This document shows, piece after piece, positions 37,818 to 46,298 of a DNA stretch of 64,000 bases (position 1 is the first letter of the stretch; every line of letters begins with the position of its first letter). The position numbers were made by a program, and so were the translations under genes. The notes under the pieces were generated by a model. The model saw only the letters and a program-made list of their open reading frames with translations, was not told the origin of the DNA and did no database searches. Origin of the DNA: a virus. Where the stretch lies: IMG/VR virus record IMGVR_UViG_3300045988_133735; one strand, 5' to 3'.

Positions 37818-38221
37818 AATAGGCTCCTACATCTGAGTGGCCGTCTACTGGTTCGAATAATATCTTCCAAGCATTCTGGCACGACAGAAAACCCTTTAAA
37901 CAAATCAAACGTATTGCGGTATATTAAATCATCTATATTTATCTGTCGCATTTTATTTTCACAGATGTATCGAACATCAGCTTCTCCATACAGCTTAGTG
38001 AATAATTTGCAATATTCAAACGACTTGGCCAATCCAAGATCTTCATCAAAGTAGAACATAGTACACTGTGCATTCATTTTACTATAGTCAAACTTTTCAC
38101 GAAATTCATCCGGCGATTTGCATATTACGATTACTTTGCGGTGTTTTTGTACAGTGTCTAAATTATCATACCAGTTACATACTGCTTGGTAGTTCTCTGG
38201 CTTTACGAATAATACTCTCAT
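37814..38221 (-). CDS. Small protein with C-terminal tail ..RRPLRCRSLL (tail family member)
   Basis: 135 aa. Tail codons TGT AGG AGC CTA TTA TGA. Confidence 0.6.
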   Translation of the reverse strand: MRVLFVKPENYQAVCNWYDNLDTVQKHRKVIVICKSPDEFREKFDYSKMNAQCTMFYFDEDLGLAKSFEYCKLFTKLYGEADVRYICENKMRQINIDDLIYRNTFDLFKGFSVVPECLEDIIRTSRRPLRCRSLL

Positions 38222-38251
38222 TGCGGTTTCCTCTGTGGCGCTGCGGCGCTC

Positions 38252-38671
38252 TTATAACAAGCTGTGGCATACTAGATTCTTTTTATTTCGTTCATGCCAT
38301 GATGCTTTGATTTTTACGACATGATCTGGGGTCCACATATAGTCAAGCTCGATAGGATGTGCTAAATCCAGATTGCTATCCTTATTAACAAGTCGGTAAT
38401 AATTCATATCATTAAGCTGATCGAATTCTTTTGCAAGCCGTGTCGCTACATCACTCATGGAATTATATGTATACCCGGGTCCAAACCATATCTGATGAAA
38501 TATTTTTGAACCATCGTTTGCTCTTAAATACCACGCTCTAAGATCGCGATACGATTTGAATGGCATGACCCACACCATGTTGTTGTCACTTAATGGGACA
38601 TAGATTCCGTTTTTGGCGTCATAATTTGCAGAAGTCAGCATTGCGACTCTGGCGGTTACAGTGTAATTCAT
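38252..38671 (-). CDS. Small protein with C-terminal tail ..KKNLVCHSLL (tail family member)
   Basis: 139 aa. Tail codons TGC CAC AGC TTG TTA TAA, then a 30-nt spacer with a GC hairpin and AGAGGAA. Confidence 0.6.
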   Translation of the reverse strand: MNYTVTARVAMLTSANYDAKNGIYVPLSDNNMVWVMPFKSYRDLRAWYLRANDGSKIFHQIWFGPGYTYNSMSDVATRLAKEFDQLNDMNYYRLVNKDSNLDLAHPIELDYMWTPDHVVKIKASWHERNKKNLVCHSLL

Positions 38672-38931
38672 AGTAAACTCCTACACGTGAGAGGTTTTAA
38701 ATACCATGGCGTTGGTTTTGGCTCCCACTGGTTAAACAAACGTTCAAAGTAGAACCTTTCGTTTTTCTCGTCCAAGCACAATCTCACGTCGTGATAATTC
38801 ACATATTTAGCGTCGGTATCGGCGAAACATTTTAAAATAGCGGACATCTCATTGTAAGTTTCTTTGAAGTAACTGGAACGTCCCGTCTGTACGTAATCAA
38901 TCGCTTCTTTTATAATTTCTTCTCGTGTCAT
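38668..38931 (-). CDS. Small protein with C-terminal tail ..LKPLTCRSLL (tail family member)
   Basis: 87 aa. Tail codons TGT AGG AGT TTA CTA TGA. Confidence 0.6.
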   Translation of the reverse strand: MTREEIIKEAIDYVQTGRSSYFKETYNEMSAILKCFADTDAKYVNYHDVRLCLDEKNERFYFERLFNQWEPKPTPWYLKPLTCRSLL

Positions 38932-38958
38932 ACTATTGGGTTCCTCTAACTGTTGAAT

Positions 38959-39306
38959 TTATAATAGGCTATGGCAAACAAATGATTTTTTAGATTGCAT
39001 TGTATACTTGCCGACTAATTGAAGATATTTTTTGTAGATTGCCTCTGCGGCGTCTCCATCAATTGTTTCTATATGTTGTTCAGACATTATATCGACTTTG
39101 AAACGTTCTATTGATGAATCAAGTATGGAAGCTAATTCTGAATCATAATGTATGTATCTGCGGTCTACATCGACATGAATTACAATAGAATCTATTTTTT
39201 TATTAAGTTCTTCGCTAAGCTGTTCACAGATATCCTTACTTGCGAGTTCTAGTATTTCTTTCTCATTCTTCTTGTAATTAGTCATTCCAAAAACATCTGT
39301 TATCAT
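38959..39306 (-). CDS. Small protein with C-terminal tail ..SKKSFVCHSLL (tail family member)
   Basis: 115 aa. Tail codons TGC CAT AGC CTA TTA TAA, then a 27-nt spacer with AGAGGAA. Confidence 0.6.
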   Translation of the reverse strand: MITDVFGMTNYKKNEKEILELASKDICEQLSEELNKKIDSIVIHVDVDRRYIHYDSELASILDSSIERFKVDIMSEQHIETIDGDAAEAIYKKYLQLVGKYTMQSKKSFVCHSLL

Positions 39307-39788
39307 AGCAAACTCCTACAGGTCAGTTGCACTGTTGGTCTTCCTATGGTTGGATCGTCCGCGTCCTCGATTTCTGGGTGAAACGCAACTTCGGATGGAT
39401 CATATGTAGCTATAGAGCAGGCGGCAATATTACGACCTCCTATGATATGTTGCATACATAAATCAACATCGTCGATTACAACTTGTTTTGCGTTATATCC
39501 AAAGCTGGCGAGTTGGAAATCTAAGGCGTTAAAAACTCGAATAGTCAGTCGTTTTCCCTCAGTATCAACATAGACTTCTCGCGAATCAACTCTGTATCCT
39601 CTATATGTCCATTTCCCGCAAGATGATTCGCATAAAAATATTATTGTTTTTGTCACTAGCTCCACATTAAGAGATGTTGGTACAATAATATCACAGTCAT
39701 TTTCAATTGCGTATTTACATATTTGATAGGTGCGACCACCGCCGCGTGGGGCGAATATTTTATACATACTTTGTAAAGCCTCTATCAA
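39303..39788 (-). CDS. Small protein with C-terminal tail ..TVQLTCRSLL (tail family member)
   Basis: 161 aa. TTG start overlaps the upstream stop. Tail codons TGT AGG AGT TTG CTA TGA. Confidence 0.55.
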   Translation of the reverse strand: MIEALQSMYKIFAPRGGGRTYQICKYAIENDCDIIVPTSLNVELVTKTIIFLCESSCGKWTYRGYRVDSREVYVDTEGKRLTIRVFNALDFQLASFGYNAKQVVIDDVDLCMQHIIGGRNIAACSIATYDPSEVAFHPEIEDADDPTIGRPTVQLTCRSLL

Positions 39789-40381
39789 TCTTCTGTGAAA
39801 TCAGAAAATGGAATAAATTCAATATTGTCTGGAAGCTCAATAGTGAGACTTCTTGCGACTGCAATACCATGTTCTGTGTGATAAAATGTCATATACCGAG
39901 CGAGTTGCTTCAATGCTTTTGTGTCAAAATCATGTAATTTACATTCGACTGGGATAAGTTCTCCATTACGGTCAATCCATGCGTCGGGTTTGTGCTTCGG
40001 ATTGTCTCTGTGATCCACAATTTTCCCACATCCAAGCTCTTCTGCTTTCTTTTTAAATAAATCTTGATAATAAAATTCATTATGCATAAGTTCTTTTAAT
40101 TTTGCACAAAAAACATATTGTCGCATCATTTCAAAACTGTCGGACCATTCGTTCTGTAAATAATCAATTGCTCTATTAAGGTCAAATAAAGACTTTTTAT
40201 TGTCACACATAGCCATCATTTCAAGAAACCAATATTTATCTAAAATAAGTCCGTCATGATTTTTTATTATCATATTATCTCCATGTAAATTTTTGAACAC
40301 TGTATACTTTTCATCATTGAAATTTATTTCTTCATATGGAAATTCTAATTTGATAGTTTTTTGGTTGTCAGTCATATTCAT
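39785..40381 (-). CDS. PD-(D/E)xK nuclease-like protein (198 aa)
   Basis: ..KPDAWIDRNGELIPVECKLH.. fits the D...(hydrophobic)ExK pattern. Confidence 0.4.
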   Translation of the reverse strand: MNMTDNQKTIKLEFPYEEINFNDEKYTVFKNLHGDNMIIKNHDGLILDKYWFLEMMAMCDNKKSLFDLNRAIDYLQNEWSDSFEMMRQYVFCAKLKELMHNEFYYQDLFKKKAEELGCGKIVDHRDNPKHKPDAWIDRNGELIPVECKLHDFDTKALKQLARYMTFYHTEHGIAVARSLTIELPDNIEFIPFSDFTED

Positions 40382-40824
40382 TCTCCTACTGCATGCGCAG
40401 CACTATGTAATTTGCCAAATGGTGTAATCAAATATCGATGTAGGGCTGTGTCTTCCATCTCTTTTTGTAACTGATGGAACTTAGCCATATTATCAAGATA
40501 AGAGGGAAGCACTTTTTCTACGATCTCATAGGTCAAGGCGTATATCTGCAACCATTCTTTCATCGTCATTCCACGATGCACCATAGGACGAATCATCTGC
40601 TCAATCTGGTCGCGGATATAATCAATAGAGAAAAAATCAATTTCGTGTAGTATACTCATTCTTTCTATGTAGTTCTTAAATAACTCCACTGTCTGTTCGG
40701 CTTCGGCTTCTCGGTAGCGGTCGTACAATTCTTTTGCAAGACTATCAATGGCGTCATAGTTCCATCCGTCAGTAGAAGACCAGTAGTCCGCTACTTTCAG
40801 GCCGCTTATTTTTACTTCTATCAT
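40378..40824 (-). CDS. Hypothetical protein (148 aa)
   Basis: ATG 40824 with AAGGAG 9 nt upstream. The longer track ORF would overlap the phoH-like gene. Confidence 0.5.
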   Translation of the reverse strand: MIEVKISGLKVADYWSSTDGWNYDAIDSLAKELYDRYREAEAEQTVELFKNYIERMSILHEIDFFSIDYIRDQIEQMIRPMVHRGMTMKEWLQIYALTYEIVEKVLPSYLDNMAKFHQLQKEMEDTALHRYLITPFGKLHSAAHAVGE

Positions 40825-40837
40825 CTTGCGCGACTCC

Positions 40838-42163
40838 TTAATCGAGCAGATCAGCCAGACGGGCAGTCTCAGAACGTTCCGTAATAGGCAAGTAAACCGT
40901 TCCAAAGCGTTCATTTCCTGTCAGTTTATCAATCAACTTCTGAATGCCGTTATTTCGTTCGAAAGCTACATCGTCAATCTGTCTCAAGTCACCGTTAATC
41001 CACAGTGTGCTGCCCTCGCCAACTCGACCAATCAATAACTGAATATGCTGCTTAGTGAGGTTTTCCGCTTCACTGCAGTAAATTATAGATCGATTGAAGC
41101 TGCGTCCACGAATAAAGCCGAGCGGCTGAATCTCTACCCATCCATCAGTGATAGCTCGCTCCAATGCAACCTCGCCGCCAAGACAGTCGGCTAGAATTGC
41201 TGCGAATGGATATACCTTTTCAAGCATAGAGCCGGGAAGGAAGCCAATTTCTTTTGTGTCTTTGACCTCGATATTGTTGCGAACCCAAACGATCTTGTCG
41301 TATTTGCCCTTTTCGATCAGATCAACAGCGTGATTAACCATCAGGAAGTCCTTACCGCTGCCATATACACCAAGAAGCAGTTTGATTGTAATGTCGTCAT
41401 TCTGAAGTAGGTCAAAGGCGAGCTTTTGCTGATTGTTGAGTGGTTTGATCTTGCCAGAGTAGGCGGTGTTCAGGTTCTTGTATTTAATAGGTACATAGCG
41501 CGAGCCATCCCAGCGAAGCCCAGCCGTGTTGCCATCTGCGTCTGCATTTGGAATCAATACATAACCGTTTGTTGGTGTATCAAACAAGTTCTTTTGCTCG
41601 ATATCTTTGGAGTAAGCCATCGCCAGCGCTTCCTCGCCACCGTCTTCTAGAGCAACCTCTGTCCAGCCAGCGTAGTCATTGTGAGCACCGCCGTGATCAA
41701 GAGATAGTTCACAGGGCAGTTTCATAACCCGTTGCGCAAGATTGAAGCAGCTTAGGTCACTGGTAACAAAACGGAAGGAATCAATCAGCGTGGTAAGTTC
41801 GGCGGCTTCATTGGCACTGTCGGCGTCTAACTCTTTTGGAAGGTTGTCCAGTTTGTTCTGCAGTTCATTCAGATACCATCGAGCAGCAGCCATAATCGTT
41901 CCGTCGTTGTTGTCTTTGACTGGGACATCATTCAGGATCGAGAATAGCTGATGGTAATCAATAGATACTACTGTGTACGCTGCTGGATGTTCGGCGAGCA
42001 GACGAGTAACGGTGTGAGCCTTAGCTTTGGTGGCTTCATCCTTCTTGCCACTGGTCTTGATGTCTTCCAGCTCATAGAGAGTGATGTCAGCAATTAGAAA
42101 CTGCTGCGCAAGCAACGTGTCAGGTGGGATATCTAGTAAGGCAGAGGTGTCATAGAATTTCAT
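40838..42163 (-). CDS. phoH: PIN-domain / PhoH-like NTPase fusion (PhoH2 architecture)
   Basis: N-terminal MKFYDTSALLD.. (PIN). C-terminal ..GVYGSGKD..IGFLPGSMLEKVYP..IQPLGFIRGRSF..IIYCSEAENLT..INGDLRQID.. matches the remembered PhoH signature blocks. Confidence 0.8.
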   Translation of the reverse strand: MKFYDTSALLDIPPDTLLAQQFLIADITLYELEDIKTSGKKDEATKAKAHTVTRLLAEHPAAYTVVSIDYHQLFSILNDVPVKDNNDGTIMAAARWYLNELQNKLDNLPKELDADSANEAAELTTLIDSFRFVTSDLSCFNLAQRVMKLPCELSLDHGGAHNDYAGWTEVALEDGGEEALAMAYSKDIEQKNLFDTPTNGYVLIPNADADGNTAGLRWDGSRYVPIKYKNLNTAYSGKIKPLNNQQKLAFDLLQNDDITIKLLLGVYGSGKDFLMVNHAVDLIEKGKYDKIVWVRNNIEVKDTKEIGFLPGSMLEKVYPFAAILADCLGGEVALERAITDGWVEIQPLGFIRGRSFNRSIIYCSEAENLTKQHIQLLIGRVGEGSTLWINGDLRQIDDVAFERNNGIQKLIDKLTGNERFGTVYLPITERSETARLADLLD

Positions 42164-42322
42164 AGTGGATCATTGTCCTCCTTGATAAGGATATAGTGGG
42201 TGTCGCTTTATGGTTAATATGTTTAAGTACTGTTTGTAATGGCGAAATTTTGAGCTGCCAGAACATAGCGGACGAGAAATGCTCTCAGCAGCACAAACAT
42301 AACTTAAATATATCATATCTAT

Positions 42323-42351
42323 ATTATACACCAGATTTTTGTTATTTGCAA
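42323..42351 (-). promoter_or_regulatory. Sigma70-type promoter of the leftward early operon
   Basis: Minus strand: TTGCAA (42351-42346), 17-nt spacer, TATAAT (42328-42323). Confidence 0.65.
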
Positions 42352-43112
42352 GCGAAATTGCATATATTTTCCGGGGCGATACGTTGTTTTTTGGCGATGC
42401 TGCGCAGGACGGCTGCTTAATGGAGCGTTTAACGGCGTTTATGCGCGAAATGTGCGTTTTTAGTGGCATTTTTAACGACTTTAGGACAAAATTTAACGTT
42501 TTTGATCAAAAAATGAGCGAAATTTGATCGATCTGGGAAGGTGATTTTGGTCTTTGTGGGGCACTAGCGTGATGAAATAACAATGATAGGGGCAATTTGT
42601 AACAATATAATACCATGCAATTTTAAACGATAATACGTTGTTTACCGGGTGAGGCTTCGGGACGTTTTTGAGCTTTGCAGCAGTGCACGGTGATACTTGA
42701 AAATACTACAGTGTACGATGTGCTGTGTGATTTTGATGGGTGGAAATAGGGGCTGCAGAGCGGTGGTTGACATGTCTGTGGGGATCAAAATTGGGAAGTG
42801 AGGTGCTGCACTGATGGATGTAGAAATGTTGTGAACTGCGTGGCGAGCTCGGGAGGTTTGGGACGTGATGGGGAGATAGAACAACTAAGCCCTTCGGGCT
42901 TCGCGCGGGCTGACCCCGGATTTTCAACCTGCCCCCCTCTTGCCCTGTCTATCATCCATTTTTTCTAGGATTCATGCGGCTTTTCGGCTAATATGACCTT
43001 TTGTTAAAAGGTGGGATTAGGTAGTCCCTGAATACGGAATTTATACCTATTTATATATAGGCGACTTCCATTCTGTTTTTGTGGGCGGTGGATTTTGCCG
43101 TTTGTGCGCTTG

Positions 43113-43140
43113 TTGCAAAAATAAATAGATGGTCTATACT
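43113..43140 (+). promoter_or_regulatory. Sigma70-type promoter, rightward
   Basis: TTGCAA (43113-43118), 16-nt spacer, TATACT (43135-43140). It would start a ~740-nt ORF-free leader or RNA before the gene at 43889. Confidence 0.5.
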
Positions 43141-43888
43141 GTAGACACTCCAAGGGGAGCGGGAAACACCGGGAACGGCACCCACACCCCGGGGAGTAGT
43201 CGCACCTTGAAAATTGCAAAGTTTGGATTTTCCCATGTGGGCGGTTTATACCGCGCCGGGTATCCGGTCAAGGTTTATGCCTTGCCATTTTCAAAACATG
43301 GGTTTCCTATCTGAGCGATTAGTGCGCCCAAACCCCGATGGCCAAACATTACAGGCATAATTCCCAAGAACGTGGGAGAAGTGCGGGGGGCGGAGTACCT
43401 TGAAAACTGAACAAAAGGCAGAACCTAAGATAACACCACGGGGACTGTTATGCGTAAGCATAGTTTTGTAGAAAACGCCAAGGCCAGAGCTGGCGATAAT
43501 AGATACAATACCAAAGATAGCAACGGTTGTTTGATGGCGTAGAACCGCCTAGAGGAGAAAAAAGCTCTTGTACCACCCCTACTATAAGCTAGAATAGCGG
43601 GCAAGGGTGCAAGCAAAAGAACACCATTAGTTCCAGATGGTTAAAGTGCGCCAAGACTAACTAACGCACGATGGACAGCACACGGGCTGTATAAGTCCGT
43701 GCCATAATGGAACACGGGCAACAGTGCAATGGCCTAGAGAAAAGCACATACCCAAAAGCATATAAGCTACAAGTGTGGCTTTACATAAAAGAGACGGTCA
43801 TCGGTATGCACTCTCCAAAAGCGTACCGTACCAGAGCGCTAAACAATCCGGTTTGGTGCAAGTTTTTATAAGATGAGAGGTAACTATT

Positions 43889-44740
43889 ATGCTGAAAGTT
43901 TATGCTGACTACGATGCCATTGCTAAGGCGGGCAAGCTGAACGAACTGACCATCCCTGAACTGGTAAAGTTCTTGAACGACCAGAAAACCGTTCTGACCG
44001 CTGAGCAGTCTCAGAACGTCACCGCTACGCTCAACAAGGCAGTCGAAAATTCCAACAAGGCCGCCTGTGATGCAAAGTGTGCTGAGTTCTGTGCTATGGA
44101 ACGCGCTGAAATGTGGCGCTCCTACGCTCCTAACCCCTACTACGCCGGCGTGAAGATCACCATTGACCCCAAGAGCAATGCTCTGTCCACCCAGGATGCA
44201 AAGATGCTTATCAAGTTCAAGACCCTCGAAAAGTATTACCAGACCATGAACGCTGTTGAAACCAACGACAAGGGAGAGCCTATGCCCAACAAGGCGGTTT
44301 CTCTCTGCTCCGATGGCCGTTACGAAAAGCTGATTATGCTGTTCAACGGTATGCTCTCTGAGGAGACTGCAACCGAACTCAACGCGGCCAAGATGGTTCG
44401 TAGCACTAAGGTCGAGGAGACTCTCAAAGATATGGGTTTGGACTGCTTTATCGGCACTGTCAATAAGGGCAAGCGCCTTGCGCAGCTCCAGGCTATTTGG
44501 AACACTATGCTCCCCGAGGAACTGTCTGCAACTTGCACCGCGCTGTCTTGTGACGTCAAATATCTCAAGATTGCAGCAAACCGCGCAAAACAGGGCTCTG
44601 TCAAGGGCATCGGCGACAAGGCCATGATTGACGAGATTGTTGTCACCATCTCTAAGGGTCTGTCTTTTGATGGCAAGGCGCGTTCCTCTAAGTACTACTT
44701 TGCAAGCAAGAGCAAGTTCTTTGCCAAGGCTGAGCAGTAA
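43889..44740 (+). CDS. Probably abundant early protein (283 aa), function unknown
   Basis: GAGAGG upstream. Very strong C/G-ending codon bias (CTG, GAC, AAG, ACC), unlike its neighbours. Confidence 0.6.
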   Translation: MLKVYADYDAIAKAGKLNELTIPELVKFLNDQKTVLTAEQSQNVTATLNKAVENSNKAACDAKCAEFCAMERAEMWRSYAPNPYYAGVKITIDPKSNALSTQDAKMLIKFKTLEKYYQTMNAVETNDKGEPMPNKAVSLCSDGRYEKLIMLFNGMLSEETATELNAAKMVRSTKVEETLKDMGLDCFIGTVNKGKRLAQLQAIWNTMLPEELSATCTALSCDVKYLKIAANRAKQGSVKGIGDKAMIDEIVVTISKGLSFDGKARSSKYYFASKSKFFAKAEQ

Positions 44741-44858
44741 CACGCACAATCGGATACCCTTTCGAGGTCGCACCGTTCAAAGCGGCCTCTTTCCAACGCA
44801 GTATGCGTAGCGTCTTAGAGTGTGGCGCATTTTGCACACTCAGAAAAGAGGTTTTACT

Positions 44859-45299
44859 ATGGAAAGTTATAACGTCAGACTGATGTGCGGTGCGCAGTTT
44901 ACAGACGTACCCGACAGTGTCATGTTTCAGATGCTGGAACAGCTCAACGTGCGAGACGTTGCAAGCTATGAGACAGGCGAAGTCCTGTACCAGAGCAAGG
45001 CCGCCAAGGCCGAGGATGGCAAGGTCAGTGGTATCACTCGTGCAAGCGTCGCCGTTCGTGGCGTTAAAGAGTACGACGAACCTATCGTTTTGCCCATGGC
45101 GAAAGAGTGGCTTATCATCACTCATGCCGACATTCCTACTTGCTCTTACAGAACTGACGATGAACAGTATGCAACGAAGCGTTTCGAAAGAAGTGTTTCT
45201 AGCATGTGGTACGATGGCCCGTTCTATGACGAAGTTCGTTTGTATCACAACGGACGTGTCATTCGTGCGGCTGTTCTGGGACACGAAATCGTTCTGTGA
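44859..45299 (+). CDS. Hypothetical protein (146 aa)
   Basis: ATG 44859 with AAGAGG 8 nt upstream. Confidence 0.55.
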   Translation: MESYNVRLMCGAQFTDVPDSVMFQMLEQLNVRDVASYETGEVLYQSKAAKAEDGKVSGITRASVAVRGVKEYDEPIVLPMAKEWLIITHADIPTCSYRTDDEQYATKRFERSVSSMWYDGPFYDEVRLYHNGRVIRAAVLGHEIVL

Positions 45300-45706
45300 A
45301 AAGGGACGTTGAACAGATGTACATGATTCAAGAAAAATTCAATTGCTGAAAGGAGCCCCGCCGGGTATGAAACTCCAAATAATACATAGTGTCCTGAGCA
45401 TGACGTAAAACTGCTTGTGTCCGCACAATGCTATGAAATAATGGACAATACCATTATATGCGGGAATACGTAGGGACAAACCATAGCATTCCACCTAAGT
45501 CCTGCACTACCAAAGGGCTGAAAAGGCAAGTGCAAAATATATAAATGGCCCTGATTATATGCAAGTTTATGAGCGTAGCCTTGCATGTATGAGAGATAGG
45601 TATGGCAACCGAAAATGCCCGCTCACTCCCGCAAATTCAGAACGCCTTGACGTGGCGCGGGGGCTTTAAACTAAGATTCTGAAAAGAAAGAGAGGTAATG
45701 CGCTAA

Positions 45707-46294
45707 ATGTTTAAAGACAGAAATGGCATAGTTATCCAGTGCGTCAATCGTAAAGGAATGACGTACAATGGGTGCAAAGTCCCGTATATGGGACTGTACG
45801 GCACGCTCAACGGCAATGAATTTGTTGCGGAGCCTCGTCTGAACGTGAAAACCGGAGAGATGCGACTCAAGCATCGTGATTTAAAAACCAAGGCTCGCTG
45901 GGACGACATTCCCGACAAAAAAATTGTAACTCTCATTGTCTTAGCTGCAAAAGCCGGATGTGTTCAGCTTTATAAGTGGGATACAAAAATGGTTTCTCCT
46001 GACCAAAACAAAGCTAAAAAAGAAGCTGCATTTTGGTGTAAAGAAGCCGCAAATCCTGATACCATTCGCAGGTTTAAGGTAAAAGTTAAGTACCAAAATT
46101 CGCCCATGACAACTCACGAATATGGAACAAGAAGCCATATCCTTTATGGCGAATCCATCGACATGAATGGCAAGATCAAAAAAATCGAACAAGTACAAAA
46201 TTATATGGACGGAACTGGCATGAGTTCTTCTTTTGATAACAGAGATAGAAGGCCATTAAATCCGGTTTTTCCAGTCAAAAGTGGAAAGCGTTAA
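45707..46294 (+). CDS. Hypothetical protein (195 aa)
   Basis: AGAGAGG upstream. Confidence 0.55.
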   Translation: MFKDRNGIVIQCVNRKGMTYNGCKVPYMGLYGTLNGNEFVAEPRLNVKTGEMRLKHRDLKTKARWDDIPDKKIVTLIVLAAKAGCVQLYKWDTKMVSPDQNKAKKEAAFWCKEAANPDTIRRFKVKVKYQNSPMTTHEYGTRSHILYGESIDMNGKIKKIEQVQNYMDGTGMSSSFDNRDRRPLNPVFPVKSGKR

Positions 46295-46298
46295 TGAG

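Noticed and set aside
38236-38250. A GC-rich hairpin (GGCGCTGCGGCGC) in the spacer after gene 38252-38671, considered as a terminator.
   Set aside because: It has only a 4-5 bp stem and no U-run on the transcribed (minus) strand. It sits 10 nt before the next SD, so it more likely only modulates local translation.
37147-39788. The C[RHK]SLL tail read as a CaaX prenylation box, or as an AgrD-type autoinducing-peptide ring (staphylococcal AIP rings CSSLF and CDFLL look similar).
   Set aside because: - In the tail the Cys is five residues from the end, not four, and positions -4 and -3 are basic and Ser rather than aliphatic. It is therefore not a CaaX box.
- AIP rings are released from a precursor that carries a C-terminal extension, by AgrB. 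Here the motif is the true C-terminus of 70-161 aa proteins, and no AgrB-like gene is present.
- I keep this only as a loose analogy.
42170-42469. A 99-aa minus-strand ORF upstream of the phoH-like gene.
   Set aside because: It spans the leftward promoter elements themselves and has no SD. It is more likely promoter and leader sequence.
42352-42523. The short repeats in the control region read as a CRISPR array.
   Set aside because: The repeats are only 6-7 bp long, are irregularly spaced and have no spacer structure. No cas genes are present.
43781-44773. A 330-aa minus-strand ORF.
   Set aside because: It lies antisense to the strongly codon-biased gene 43889-44740. It has no SD, and its Leu/Arg/Ser-rich composition is typical of the shadow frame of a GC3-rich gene.
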